The notes: generated by a model not told the origin, from the sequence alone. A stretch of 63,217 nucleotides of DNA, filler included, from Octopus bimaculoides (GCF_001194135.2; 8 parts of 7 records of this genome joined end to end with filler, not necessarily neighbours in it), one strand, 5' to 3'. Positions 1 to 12,029 are shown, numbered from the whole stretch's first letter. Numbers and translations are program-made.

Positions 1-88
1 TGTTCCCTTAACTCAGCAAAAGAATAAGGCCTGGGGTTGATTTCTTAGCCAGAGTCAAATGACTGAAACAAGTAAAAAAAATAAAAAA

Positions 89-123
<35 letters not shown>

Positions 124-198
124 TGCACACACACATATACACATATACACACACACGCACATACATGCAAATATGTACATACCAACAAACACATACAT

Positions 199-271
199 AT
201 ATGTTACTCTACCTCTGGTATTTGAGTACTCTTTTTTCACCTTGTTGCACATTTCATGTGCTTACTCTGGT
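199..271 (+). mobile_element. 3' fragment of the same dispersed repeat that carries a hammerhead motif at 4091-4132
   Basis: TTACTCTACCTCTGGTATTTGAGTACTCTTTTTTCACCTTG matches the reverse complement of about 3995-4060. Confidence 0.7.
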
Positions 272-335
272 ATATATATATATATATATATCATAAATAT
301 AAGGGATTAGCAATTGAGTTGCTTCTCCAACATAA

Positions 336-425
336 ACTGAGCTACTTGGCAAAATTGTTAATACTGAGCTACTTGGCAAAATTGTTAATTACTGAGCTAC
401 TTGGCAAAATTGTTAATTGTTAATT
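336..425 (+). repeat. Three tandem copies of a 27-28 bp unit (ACTGAGCTACTTGGCAAAATTGTTAAT)
   Basis: Near-identical units start at 336, 363 and 391 with no spacers. Confidence 0.9.
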
Positions 426-462
426 CTATTATTAATTGACGATTCCCTGCCCTCATTTCTTG

Positions 463-499
<37 letters not shown>

Positions 500-502
<3 letters not shown>

Positions 503-1316
503 GAGGTGGTATCAAAACATTCTTGGACTAATTCTATAGCATGCCAACAGATGCCAGCGCACAGTTGTGTGTGCAGTGAGAGCTAACAGTGTGTGATCAC
601 ATGTATGCTGTAGTCTATGATTTTTGTCATGGACAGGAAGTTGAAACAAAGAGCCAACATGAAATTTTTGATAAACTTGAGAAGTCTGCTGCAGAGGCAT
701 CGGGTTATATGCAACGTTTCGAGTGGCACAGGTGCCTCAAAAGGCATGACAGAGCTGTAGCTCAGTCAAAAGCATGCTCATCAGTTTCTTTGACATCCAA
801 AGCATTGTGCATTGAGAATTTGTTCCCTAGTTTCAGACTGTCATTTGAGAATTTTCCTGTGGTGTTTTGAAGCATTTGAGGGAGGAGATTTGGCAAAAGC
901 AACCAGATCTGTGGAGTACAAAGAGTTGGATTCTTCATGACGATAATGCACACGACCATCAAGCTCATTTCACTCACCAGTTTCTCACCGAAAACAACAT
1001 AGTACCACTTCCACACCTGCCCTATTCACCAGCTTTAGCACCTGCAGACTTCGATTTCTTACTGAAGATAAAAATGCAGCTCAAAAGTCACCGTTTTAAC
1101 ACCATTTTTGAGAGAGATCAAGAGTGAATCGCAGAAGATCCTCAACTCACTTGCAGAAAACAACTTCCAAGACAGATTCCAAAAATGGTAAGAATGCTGG
1201 GACTGCTGTATTGCTGCACAAAGTGACTATTTCAAAAGAGATGATGTTAAAACTAAAGTAAAAAAGTCATTTTTTAATGAACATAACTAGCCTGGGAACT
1301 TTTTAATACGACTTCG
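500..1316 (+). mobile_element. Decayed, internally deleted mariner (DD34D-type) DNA transposon
   Basis: Imperfect TIRs at about 500-531 and 1287-1316, left end next to (TA)n. Frameshifted transposase motifs: FEWHRCLK (HTH region), WILHDDNA (WxLHHDNAP) and LPHLPYSPALAPADF (YSPDLAPxD). Confidence 0.9.
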
Positions 1317-2309
1317 CTTGGGTATAATTCTGTACATGCATATANNNNNNNNNNNNNNNNNNNNNNNNNNNNNNNNNNNNNNNNNNNNNNNNNNNNNNNN
1401 NNNNNNNNNNNNNNNNNNNNNNNNNNNNNNNNNNNNNNNNNNNNNNNNNNNNNNNNNNNNNNNNNNNNNNNNNNNNNNNNNNNNNNNNNNNNNNNNNNNN
1501 NNNNNNNNNNNNNNNNNNNNNNNNNNNNNNNNNNNNNNNNNNNNNNNNNNNNNNNNNNNNNNNNNNNNNNNNNNNNNNNNNNNNNNNNNNNNNNNNNNNN
1601 NNNNNNNNNNNNNNNNNNNNNNNNNNNNNNNNNNNNNNNNNNNNNNNNNNNNNNNNNNNNNNNNNNNNNNNNNNNNNNNNNNNNNNNNNNNNNNNNNNNN
1701 NNNNNNNNNNNNNNNNNNNNNNNNNNNNNNNNNNNNNNNNNNNNNNNNNNNNNNNNNNNNNNNNNNNNNNNNNNNNNNNNNNNNNNNNNNNNNNNNNNNN
1801 NNNNNNNNNNNNNNNNNNNNNNNNNNNNNNNNNNNNNNNNNNNNNNNNNNNNNNNNNNNNNNNNNNNNNNNNNNNNNNNNNNNNNNNNNNNNNNNNNNNN
1901 NNNNNNNNNNNNNNNNNNNNNNNNNNNNNNNNNNNNNNNNNNNNNNNNNNNNNNNNNNNNNNNNNNNNNNNNNNNNNNNNNNNNNNNNNNNNNNNNNNNN
2001 NNNNNNNNNNNNNNNNNNNNNNNNNNNNNNNNNNNNNNNNNNNNNNNNNNNNNNNNNNNNNNNNNNNNNNNNNNNNNNNNNNNNNNNNNNNNNNNNNNNN
2101 NNNNNNNNNNNNNNNNNNNNNNNNNNNNNNNNNNNNNNNNNNNNNNNNNNNNNNNNNNNNNNNNNNNNNNNNNNNNNNNNNNNNNNNNNNNNNNNNNNNN
2201 NNNNNNNNNNNNNNNNNNNNNNNNNNNNNNNNNNNNNNNNNNNNNNNNNNNNNNNNNNNNNNNNNNNNNNNNNNNNNNNNNNNNNNNNNNNNNNNNNNNN
2301 NNNNNNNNN

Positions 2310-2341
<32 letters not shown>

Positions 2342-3994
2342 TGAAAGAGAGAGATGTCATGTAAATTTGAGAGTGAAGAATATAAACTGAAATATTAAAT
2401 ATTGTTTGGAAGTAGAACTTCCTAGAATTATTTCCATATTGGTAGAATGTCATACTCAGCTAAATATAGTTATTTTATCAAAAGCCAAAAAATGATGTGT
2501 ATTTTACATCAGTAGTTCTTTCTATAGGCAAAGACAAAACTAACTGCAACAACAAAAAATCAATATATTCCATCTAAGAGAGTGCTCTGCAATATTGATC
2601 TCACAGTGTGGATTGTATGAAAAGAGACAAAAAGACTATGAAATAAGAGTACAAAAAGATGAAAGATGTTTTAATGAAAATCGTGAGTATAGATATAGAA
2701 AAAGGATTGCTGAAAGTGAATTGATGTAAAATATGGATACTTCCTTACATAGCAATCAAAGCCATCATCTGATTTCTCATCAGGCTAGAAACAACAGCTA
2801 CATCTCAATACAAATCCTAACTTAATATAAACTATAAAGACAACATTGGATAATGTTGTCCAAGGTATATTCATATGTCAGGAAATGTGACAGGATAAGG
2901 AGGTTAGCATGTTCTTGATCATAGATCTGCTCCAATAGACTTATATGGAGCTAAACAACAACAACATTGGTTAGTTTAATGGAATGGTGATGGGAAAAAT
3001 ATTGGTGAAAGATCTTTTGATGCTTTCTTGAATGACTAAAGATATATCTGCATCTTCTATATTACAGGAAATTATATCAGATTATCACCAAACTTTTACA
3101 ATTTTATTTCTAAAAATTTTATTATTGAAAAAAAGTTTCAAAACTACTTTTACCATGTTTTTGTATTAGAAAAGTATTCATAGTTTATGTGGTTTTCAAC
3201 CTAATGCATTCTTACTTTGGTTTTCAGTATCATAATTTTATAGGGAGAGGTGTAGTCAATTCAATTGACGTATGGTTTGTATTACTAACAATAATTATTC
3301 TATCAATAGCCAGATGGATAAAAGGAAAATTCAAACCCAACAGAATTTGAAATAAGAACATAAATGAATGAAACCAAAGATCACAAGACATTTTGGCTGA
3401 CAATCTACAGACTTTGCAACACACTGTCCACATCAAAGCTGATGAAACTGAGCAATGAAACCCATTGTTCAAATAATGGGAATGTAGTGAGTGTAGAAGC
3501 AAACAGCCATATGCATAAACGAACAGACACACATACATCATCATTTAACGTCTGTTTTCCATGCTGGCATGATTTGGACTATCCTTATGTAAATTACTAA
3601 ATTTTGCTCATAAGTCACAGCTCAGCACAAGGCCATTGCACATGATAATTGTCCAAAAGTCCAGTGAGGTTGAACCTAAAACCCAAACCATACATTCACA
3701 AAGTGAATTTCTTTATCATACAGCAAATCCTGCACCTTACATTCAATCATTCATTCATTTAAATATATTCCTCACCTGGATGGGACACCAGGTGAGTGGA
3801 CCAAAGCAATGTGAAATGAAGTGTTTTCCTCAAGAACACAACATGTCACCCGATCCAGGAATTGAAACTACAATCTTACAATCATGAGTCCAACACCCTA
3901 ACCACTCAGCCATGTGTCTCCACATGTACACTGGAGAGGGTAGTTATTATTTACATTTAACACATTTTAATCATACACACACACATTCACACAC

Positions 3995-4155
3995 AGGTGA
4001 GCACATAAGCGCAAAACAAGGTGGAAAAAATAGTACTCAGAGACAAAGGTAGAGTAAGGTGCTTTTATTATAGCTGCAAATTTATCAGAAAACTGTTGCT
4101 CAGAGTTTCATACTCCTATTCATCAGACAGTTGTGATGAAAACACAACTGTCTGA
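3995..4155 (-). mobile_element. Short ribozyme-bearing repeat (Penelope-derived or retrozyme-like) fragment
   Basis: Contains the hammerhead motif and shares its 3' tail with 199-271; no ORF. Confidence 0.55.
4091..4132 (-). ncRNA. Minimal type I hammerhead ribozyme motif with a mutated cleavage triplet
   Basis: Minus strand reads AACTGT-CTGATGA-ATA GGAG TAT-GAAA-CTCTGAG-C-A-ACAGTT. Stem I is 6 bp perfect, stem II 3 bp, core intact; U16.1 is replaced by C. Confidence 0.7.
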
Positions 4156-4227
4156 GAAATGAGAACGTTTGTTTATTTGTTTATTTGAATTTCATGTTTG
4201 TGACCAGCTCATGCATACAATTGACAT

Positions 4228-4305
<78 letters not shown>

Positions 4306-4312
4306 TGTATGT

Positions 4313-4450
4313 ATGTAGGAGTGGCTGTGTAGTAAGTAGCTTGCTTACCAGCCACATGGTTCTGGGTTCAGTCACACTGCGTAACACCTTGGGCAAGTGT
4401 CTTCTACTATAGCCTCGGGCTGACTAAAGCCCTGTGTGTGGATTTGGTAG
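4313..4450 (+). mobile_element. tRNA-derived SINE head (family 1)
   Basis: GGAGTGGCTGTGTAGTAAGTAGCTTGCTTACC...GGTTCAGTC; the same head recurs at 6577-6747, 12465, 15795 and 58190. Confidence 0.8.
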
Positions 4451-4531
4451 AAGGAAATAATCACATCCAGGATTCAGCAAGTGTTCTCTCAGTTTGCTGC
4501 AAAAGGCAGCCAAATCTCCTTGAGCCCATAC

Positions 4532-4634
4532 CTGAGCTTCTTAACACATTGGTCAATACAGTCCTTGATATACAAAGACAGTACTACGTGGGCTGATATG
4601 TCTTTAATCATAAACCTGCTTGTTCAAGACAGAC
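4532..4634 (-). other. Candidate exon with strong splice signals, coding status unclear
   Basis: Acceptor ttttgcctcag|G and donor CAG|gtatgg. An alternative acceptor gives an 84-nt exon (4532-4615) encoding FMIKDISAHVVLSLYIKDCIDQCVKKL. No recognised homology. Confidence 0.2.
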
Positions 4635-5231
4635 CTGAGGCAAAACAACAGCAGCAACAACAAAAAGTGATATCAATAATAAGAAAGAAAGAACACAACA
4701 AGAACAGCAAATGATAAAGACACAAATCCCACACTTTATTCAGGAAACTTTATCATTAATTTCATCTGATTAAAGAAACTAACACACAACCTCACACACG
4801 TCTATATACACACTAACACCCACACATTTATATATACACCCAAACACATGTGCACAACACTCACATAAATATACAAATTTACACCAGCTTATTTTTCAAC
4901 CTTTATTATTATTATTTTTTTTTTTCTTCATTTAAATGTTTATGATTAAGAATAATTTCTAGATTCCTGTGAGAATTCATCTTGATAGATTTAGATTATT
5001 TTTTTTTACATTTCCCCAGAAACCACTTGCAATAGTTTCTAGTAAAGTGCAATCAGGATTTTTTTCTGCTTTTTTCCCCCACTTTTCAATTTGCAACAGT
5101 CTCTAAAGATATAAGTATGTCTCAATATGTAGTGTGAAATTAAATAAATCATAAATATTTTACTTGCTAAAAATTCAACAAAGATTCCAGATTTCTCAGT
5201 TTTGTTGGCACCAAGTTTTCTTCATAATCAG

Positions 5232-5272
<41 letters not shown>

Positions 5273-5868
5273 GTATGTATGTGCACACACATACACATGT
5301 ATGATACATTTTTTCATTTATTAATTAATGGAATGCAACACACCCTAACTTTTATTAACAGTAAGTTTTTTTATATATCCATGCAACTCTATTTCTTGCC
5401 TTCACTCTTTCTCCTTTTCTCTCCCTCGCTTTTTCCATTTTCCCTTTTTTTTTCTCTCCCTCACTCTCTTACTTGTATTTCTAGCCTTTCTCCTTTCTCC
5501 AATTTCTCCCTTTATCCCTTCTCTTGTTTTCACTTTCTTGCTTTCTCTCTTTCCCTTCTCTCTAACCCTCTTTCTCCTCTGCCTGCTGCTGACACAGGAC
5601 CTGTGGCCACCTTTCCTTTCTTTCTCCGCCTTTTTCATATGATTGCGTAGCTGACATGTAAATTCTCTGTGTCTTACTGTCTTGCTATTTGCTGCTTTCT
5701 CATCCTTTAGGATGCCTTCTAAGCATTACCCACTATTTCTGTCTTTTTAGCCCTAAGGCTATATCCTGCTCATTTCTTGCTTGTTTCATCTTTGTCCATC
5801 GTCTTAACTTACATTCATTCACTTTTGTATGTCCACTCTGTGTCGTTTTGCTTGCTCTGACCCTATAT

Positions 5869-6747
5869 TCTCTTTTATTTACTTGTTTCAGTCATTTGAC
5901 TGCAGCCATGCTGGAGCACCACCTTTTGTTGAGCAAATCAACCCCAGGACTTATTCTTTGTAAGCCTAGTACTTATTCTACAGTCTCTTTTGCCAAACCG
6001 CTAAGTTATAGGGACGTAAACACACCACCATCAGTTGTCAAGCAATGTTGGAGGGACAGACACAGATACACAAACATATACACACACGGTGTGCAAGAGA
6101 GACGATTGCGCTGGTATGGACATGTGGTGAGAATGGATGAGGATAGCTGCGTGAAAAAGTGCCACACCCTAACAGTTGAGGGAACCCGTGGAAGAGGTAG
6201 GCCCAGGAAGACCTGGGCTGATGTGGTGAGGCAAGACCTTCGTACATTGGGCCTCACCGAGGCGATGACTACTGACCGAGACTTTGGGAAATGTGCTGTG
6301 CGTGAGAAGACCCGGCAAGCCAAGTAAGATCGTTGCCAGTGCCCCTGGACTGGCTCTTGTGCGGGTGGCACATAAAAGACACCATTTCGAGCATGGCCGT
6401 TGCCAGTATCGCCTGACTGGCCTTTGTGCAGGTGACACNNNNNNNNNNNNNNNNNNNNNNNAAACTCTGCCAAATTTAGATTGGAGCCTGGTGTTGCCAT
6501 CCGGTTTCACCAGTCCTCAGTCAAGTCGTCCAACCCATGCTAGCATGGAAAGCGGACATTAAACGATGATGATGATATATACGACGGGCTTCTTTCAGTT
6601 TCTGTCTACCAAATCCACTCACAAGGCTTCGGTCGGCCCAAGGCTATAGTAGGAGACACTTGCCCAAGGTGCCATGCTGTGGGAATGAACCTGGAACAAT
6701 GTGGTTGGTAAGCAAGCTACTTACCATGCAACCACTCCTGCACCTAT
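5869..6747 (-). mobile_element. Family 1 SINE split by an RTE insertion
   Basis: SINE tail at 5869-6087 and head at 6577-6747 are both on the minus strand and flank the RTE fragment. Confidence 0.8.
6088..6576 (+). mobile_element. 5'-truncated RTE-clade LINE (ORF C-terminus, 3'UTR, (GAT)n tail)
   Basis: ERRLRWYGHVVRMDEDSCVKKC...GRGRPRKTW is a typical RTE C-terminal motif; stop at 6325-6327; ends AAACGATGATGATGAT. Confidence 0.92.
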
Positions 6748-6813
6748 TCTCCACTACTTTCATGAGCACCACCAGCATGGGAAGTTCTCACTCAGTCTTA
6801 TAATTAATAGTGG

Positions 6814-6866
6814 GAAACTGAGTATTACCATCAGGTTGATAACTGATGAAGAATTAAGGACATTCT
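6814..6866 (+). ncRNA. Degenerate hammerhead-like motif in permuted order
   Basis: GAAA-CTGAG-TA (6814-6824), then a 5-of-6 bp hairpin TTACCA/TGATAA, then CTGATGA (6843-6849). Stem II does not close. Confidence 0.35.
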
Positions 6867-7062
6867 GTGTCTGTCTCCCATTCGGTTGTACACTCAGTAT
6901 ACATTATACATTTTTTACCTGTTGTTTATTTATTTACAATACATTTTTCATTTTTAAATATATTTATATATATGTCTTTGTACAATTACACAACACACAT
7001 GCACATGTAAGCACATATGTATATACACACATACATATGAAGGCACGTATATCTAGATATAT

Positions 7063-7099
<37 letters not shown>

Positions 7100-7373
7100 T
7101 GCATGCACGCAAACATGCTTGAAGGTGCTGGATCATACTATCACTACACAGAGTATTTTGCTATATTTGAAAGTTCAAGCAACAAAAAGAAGAATGTTGC
7201 CTAACATAACATGTGTAATGATGAAGTAAATCACCAGCTTCGAATGAATAAATAAACTCTATTTCATACATTGAAATACATTTTCTTCTGTTTATACATT
7301 CAAATGCATATGAATTCTTGCAAGCTTCTCTATTGAAAACCTTTCATTTTGTGGTATTCCCCAACACAGTAAC

Positions 7374-7538
7374 TTAAATGTTCCTCGCAAACATAATGAA
7401 AGGCATTTCCTCTTTAAGTTGGAATCTTTGCTTCACAGTAAATGAATTCATGTTTAAATCATCAGCAAGTCTGTCTCCTTCCCTTCCAAAGACATCCTCT
7501 AGTTTCTCTTCCCTTCCATTTCTTGAATTAAGAATATC
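7374..7538 (-). CDS. Candidate terminal coding exon, unknown protein
   Basis: AG at 7539-7540, then 54 codons (DILNSRNGREEKLEDVFGREGDRLADDLNMNSFTVKQRFQLKEEMPFIMFARNI) and TAA. Purine-rich, non-repetitive, protein-like composition; no recognised family. Confidence 0.3.
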   Translation of the reverse strand, partial: DILNSRNGREEKLEDVFGREGDRLADDLNMNSFTVKQRFQLKEEMPFIMFARNI

Positions 7539-7659
7539 CTACATTTACACTATGTAAATATCACATTAGGTATGAATGCATATACTCTATGTACTTGTAT
7601 TTTCAAGTATGCTTACACATATATGCACATGTTTGTGTAAATGAGGGAATTTATTGGTT

Positions 7660-7830
7660 TCAAATTTTGCCACAAGGTAAGCAACTTCGACTGGTACTTA
7701 TTTCATCAACCCCAAACGGATGAACAGTAAAGTCGACCTCAGTGGAATTTGAACTCAGAATGTAAAGACAGACGAAATGCCACTATGCATTTTGCCCAGC
7801 ATGCTTACAATTCTGCCAGATTGCTACCTT
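7660..7830 (-). mobile_element. tRNA-derived SINE (family 2), CpG-decayed copy
   Basis: AAAGTCGACCTCAGTGGAATTTGAACTCAGAA (B-box-like on minus); homologous to 8290-8720 and 54374-54668. Confidence 0.8.
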
Positions 7831-8289
7831 AATGAGGAAATTTATTAAAACATATTTCACCACAACTAGTTTAATCTCTTAAATTTGACACTTTCTGACC
7901 TGGTAACTTCATTCAATTAAATTTTTTCAAGGTGGTGCTCCAGCATGGCAATAGCCAAATGGCTGAAACAAATAAAAGATAAAGATAAGACATCGATAGC
8001 AGATGGAAATCATTCATCAGCAGCAGTAAGAATGCTAGATGTGCATTTTAGCATGTATTCACAGCCAAATATATTCTACTGGCAAAGTCTATCACTACTG
8101 ATGTAGGAAAACAGCAATGTATTTGCATTAAGTATGATACATAGATGGTTAATTTAGTTTGTGACAATGTCGTCTAGGGTGTTTGTATAAGTAACTACAG
8201 AACTGCACTAACCTGTGAAAGATATTCATTTTGGCTTTGATGAGAGTCAGCAGGTGAAACATTTTGGGGGTGGAGAAGTGGGAGAGCTG

Positions 8290-8720
8290 CAAGATGTAAG
8301 TTAGGCAGTGAGCTGGCAGAACCGTTAGCATGTCGGGCAAACTGCTTAGCGGTATTTCACCTGCTGTTACGTTCTGAGTTCAAATTCCGCCAAGGTCGAC
8401 TTTGCCTTTCATCCTTTCGGGGTCGATAAATTAAGTACCAGTTATGCACTGGGGTCGATGTAATCGACTTAATCCGTTCGTCTGTTCTTGTTTGTTCCCT
8501 CTATGTTTAGCCCCTTGTGGGCAATAACGAAATAGGTATTTCACCTGCTGTTACGTTCTGAGTTCAAATTCCGCAAAGGTCGACTTTGCCTTTCATCCTT
8601 TCGGGGTCGATAAATTAAGTACCAGTTATGCACTGGAGTCGATATAATCGACTTAATCAGTTTGTCTGTCCTTGTTTGTCCCCTCTATGTTTAGCCCCTT
8701 GTGTGCAATAAAGAAATAAG
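8290..8720 (+). mobile_element. Family 2 SINE with a 184-bp tandem duplication
   Basis: 8351-8534 and 8535-8718 are near-identical. Confidence 0.9.
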
Positions 8721-9688
8721 AAGATATGGCTTGAATGTTTGCAAAAATGGGATTCCACTTAGGGTATCCAAGGTGTCAGATGGTAGTATTAAACTGGGTG
8801 ATGGATTAAGACTACTACTACCATCCATCCAAGATTGAGACTTCTATGTATGATTGCCAGGAAAGATCATCAGAGATTGTGGGGTTCAACATTGGTAGCA
8901 ACTTTTAAGCTTGAATAAATTATGATGAACAGTTGAATCCTGCAGACAAATTCAATAAGCAGTAATTCTGACACTTGTGATTAGATACTTAATTGATTAT
9001 ATAATTTGTATCTATTATGTGAACAATTAAATAATAAATGATTCACTTAGATTTTTGATTAATAATAATTAATCTGAGTGTAGTCTGTTTACTCATTCTT
9101 GTTCTTCTTGTTGAATATATTACACAAATTAATTAAGTTTCCAAAAATTGTCACAAATTAATTATGAACCCATCAACAACAGTTATTAGGAAGTAGAGAG
9201 AGAGACAGAAAGAGAGGGGGAGTGAGAGTGGGTGAGAGAGGGGGATGTTTAAATATATAGAGGTTACTTTGAAATCAAAAAGATGTGTGAATTTTATTTC
9301 ATGTCTGATATATCTAGGTGGAGTTGCTTAAATGTTCAGATAAAACAGTCAGACATTGTCATAGATAACCTCATGACTTTATATTTGGCCTCTGCAGGAG
9401 TGGCTACATTGCGGTTACTACCAATCAATCTAATTATTTATTGAAATACGCTATTGATTAATTGTGCTTGTTTTTTTCACCCCCCTTTATAAAGTAATAG
9501 GTAATTAATTAATTTTTGTCTTTGTAGCAATCTGTTATTATTTATTTTCATTTGTCTGGCCGATTCATCCATAAAGAAAAAATAATAAATATATACATAA
9601 ATAAAAAAACTATCAGATTTGACCAAATCACTTCCTTCCTTTGAATGGCTTTATTTAGTCTCTCTTTCTCTCACTTTACACAACTCTG

Positions 9689-9731
<43 letters not shown>

Positions 9732-10588
9732 ACACAAACACAAACTCTCAAATACTCAAAAAACCAACCCAACCACCCACACACATACATACATACAGAA
9801 GTCTCTGTTAATTCACAGAACTTATGTCCAGGATATATTTTCAATTTACATCACATGTTTCTATAGCTGCCTGTCCTTCACATATTGGTCAATTCTTTTG
9901 AATTCCAACCACCAAGTTCTACATACATTTGCACAAAGCCTTTCTCATAAATTAACCCCACAACCTGACCCTTAAAAGTCTTTAATGCAATCCTTCTATT
10001 GTAAGCAGTCAAGCAAGGTCTCTGATTTGAAAACAACTTTTTCCATTTCTCTCACCAGACTCAGAAGTTCCAAGACAGATTATGGGCAAGATATTTCCAT
10101 CGACAGCTAAGCTACAAAATAACATTTTAAGAAGTTACAGATCTCGTCATCAACATCATATTAACGTCCATTTTTTCCATGCTTTCACAGACTAGACAAA
10201 GTTCATTGAGGAAGATTTTCTATGGCTGGCGCCTTTCCTGTCACCAACCCTTACCTGTCTGCAAACAAGGTAATATTTCCCTATAGACAGACATGTTTTG
10301 GTAGAATATTGGAAATAAACACCATTCATTTACAACAATCACACAATGTCAAGACATGTAGACATAAAGACACACACACAAACATTTTTCTGTTTCTATC
10401 TATTCACAAGACACTTGCAAACTTCTCAACCACATGGCCACTCCTGAACCTGTTCCATCCTTAATTTGGAAGTCACTTTTAAGTAAAGCAGATGCCTGAC
10501 ACTTTTATCAGACAGAATATCTTGTTTTATGTACTGCATTTTTTTTTTTTTTCTGAAATACACAAATATGGCTTTCCTCACCAAAAAA

Positions 10589-10628
<40 letters not shown>

Positions 10629-11290
10629 CTTTTTCAAAGCAAAGCTAGTAAGAATGCTTGAATTAGATTTGCAATATTTTAATGTCTCCAGCACTATTCA
10701 TTGGCTAAGTAATCTACATTTTTAGGTTTCTATTTTTAGTAGAACTGACAAATCAAATAGCAGAAATTCAGGTTAAAATTATGCTGTAAAAGACAAACAT
10801 TAAAGTCTTAACCACAGTGATGTGAGTAATGTGAAAGTGGTGTCTAACTGGATGGAATTACTTAACCATTATGTTAATTCAATCATTACTGTGTTAGAGA
10901 ATCATTCTGCCATCAAATATCAACAAGACAAACGAACAAAATACAATTGAATATGAATTCAGAAGCAATGAAGGAAGAAATACCAAATGACAGATAACTT
11001 TGTTCCTAGTCTGATTATTAAAGGAAAATATTTTCTGCAACGCTGATAATGCAATGCTCTCAAACTAACAGCACTTTTGAAAGAAGACACTAAAAACAAG
11101 ACAACTCAAGTGTGAACATATTTTTCTCCATTACACATATTACTTTAAAATCTTGCCTGTATTTTTTTTTCTTTATAACAAGTCTTGTAGAATATTGACT
11201 AAGACTTTTATTAAATTATTATATCAGAAGTTCTGAAAGTGATAAAAAAGGGGGAAAAAGACATAAAGTGTGTAACTTTTGATATGTGCT

Positions 11291-11343
<53 letters not shown>

Positions 11344-12017
11344 GTGAACTAGATTTTATGCATGTAAATTTATGAAAGACTCTGCTTCCAAGTCAAATTA
11401 ATTTCTCGATATCTTCTCTCACTTAAAATGAATATATTTCTTAAACGTGCAAACAAAAATTCTTTATTTTCTTTTTTAAACTTCAATTTTGAATTACTTT
11501 TCACACAACTCTAAGAAATACTAAGCTTTTGGAAATAACATAGCAGTAACCAAACTGAAAGCGTACGATTTATACAGTTAGCTTTTATAATTCTGAGATT
11601 TTTAAAATCACATGCAAGAGGGTATATAAAAAGAATTTATGCATGTCGTATAAACCAGTCTGTTCCAAGATTAGAAATTATATGCATATGAGTACGGATA
11701 CAATAAATACACCTTTTTTTATTGTTAAAGACTGAAGCAGTTAAAAAAATAATGAATATTAAATTAACCAAATTATATATGGGTGTGTAGTTATGAAGTT
11801 CATTTCACAACGATGTGTTTCCAGTTTGATTCCACCGTGCAACACCTTAAGCAAGTCCTTTAACCCTAACCTCAGGTTGATTAAAAACTTGTTGGTAAAA
11901 TTTGAGAGATGTAAACTGTGCAGAAGTCAGTGGTATATTTGTGTGTGTGTATATATATATGTGTGTGTATATANNNNNNNNNNNNNNNNNNNNNNNNNNN
12001 NNNNNNNNNNNNNNNNN

Positions 12018-12029
12018 TTAATTAATTAA
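12018..12029. other. Artificial scaffold linker (44 N + TTAATTAATTAA + 44 N)
   Basis: The same 100-bp layout recurs at 20298, 29631, 38195, 54803, 57692 and 61607. The 12-mer is a palindrome with stops in all six frames. Confidence 0.95.

Noticed and set aside
2528-2682. Plus-strand exon with a good acceptor and gtgagt donor
   Set aside because: All three frames contain stops and there is no usable ATG; such motifs are frequent in AT-rich DNA.
3439-3482. Hammerhead-like CTGATGA...GAAA with a CCCATT/AATGGG hairpin
   Set aside because: No stem II, no U at 16.1 and no stem I.
6505-6520. CTGAGGA-CTGGT-GAAA on minus
   Set aside because: It lies antisense in the RTE 3'UTR and the 5-nt linker cannot form stem II.
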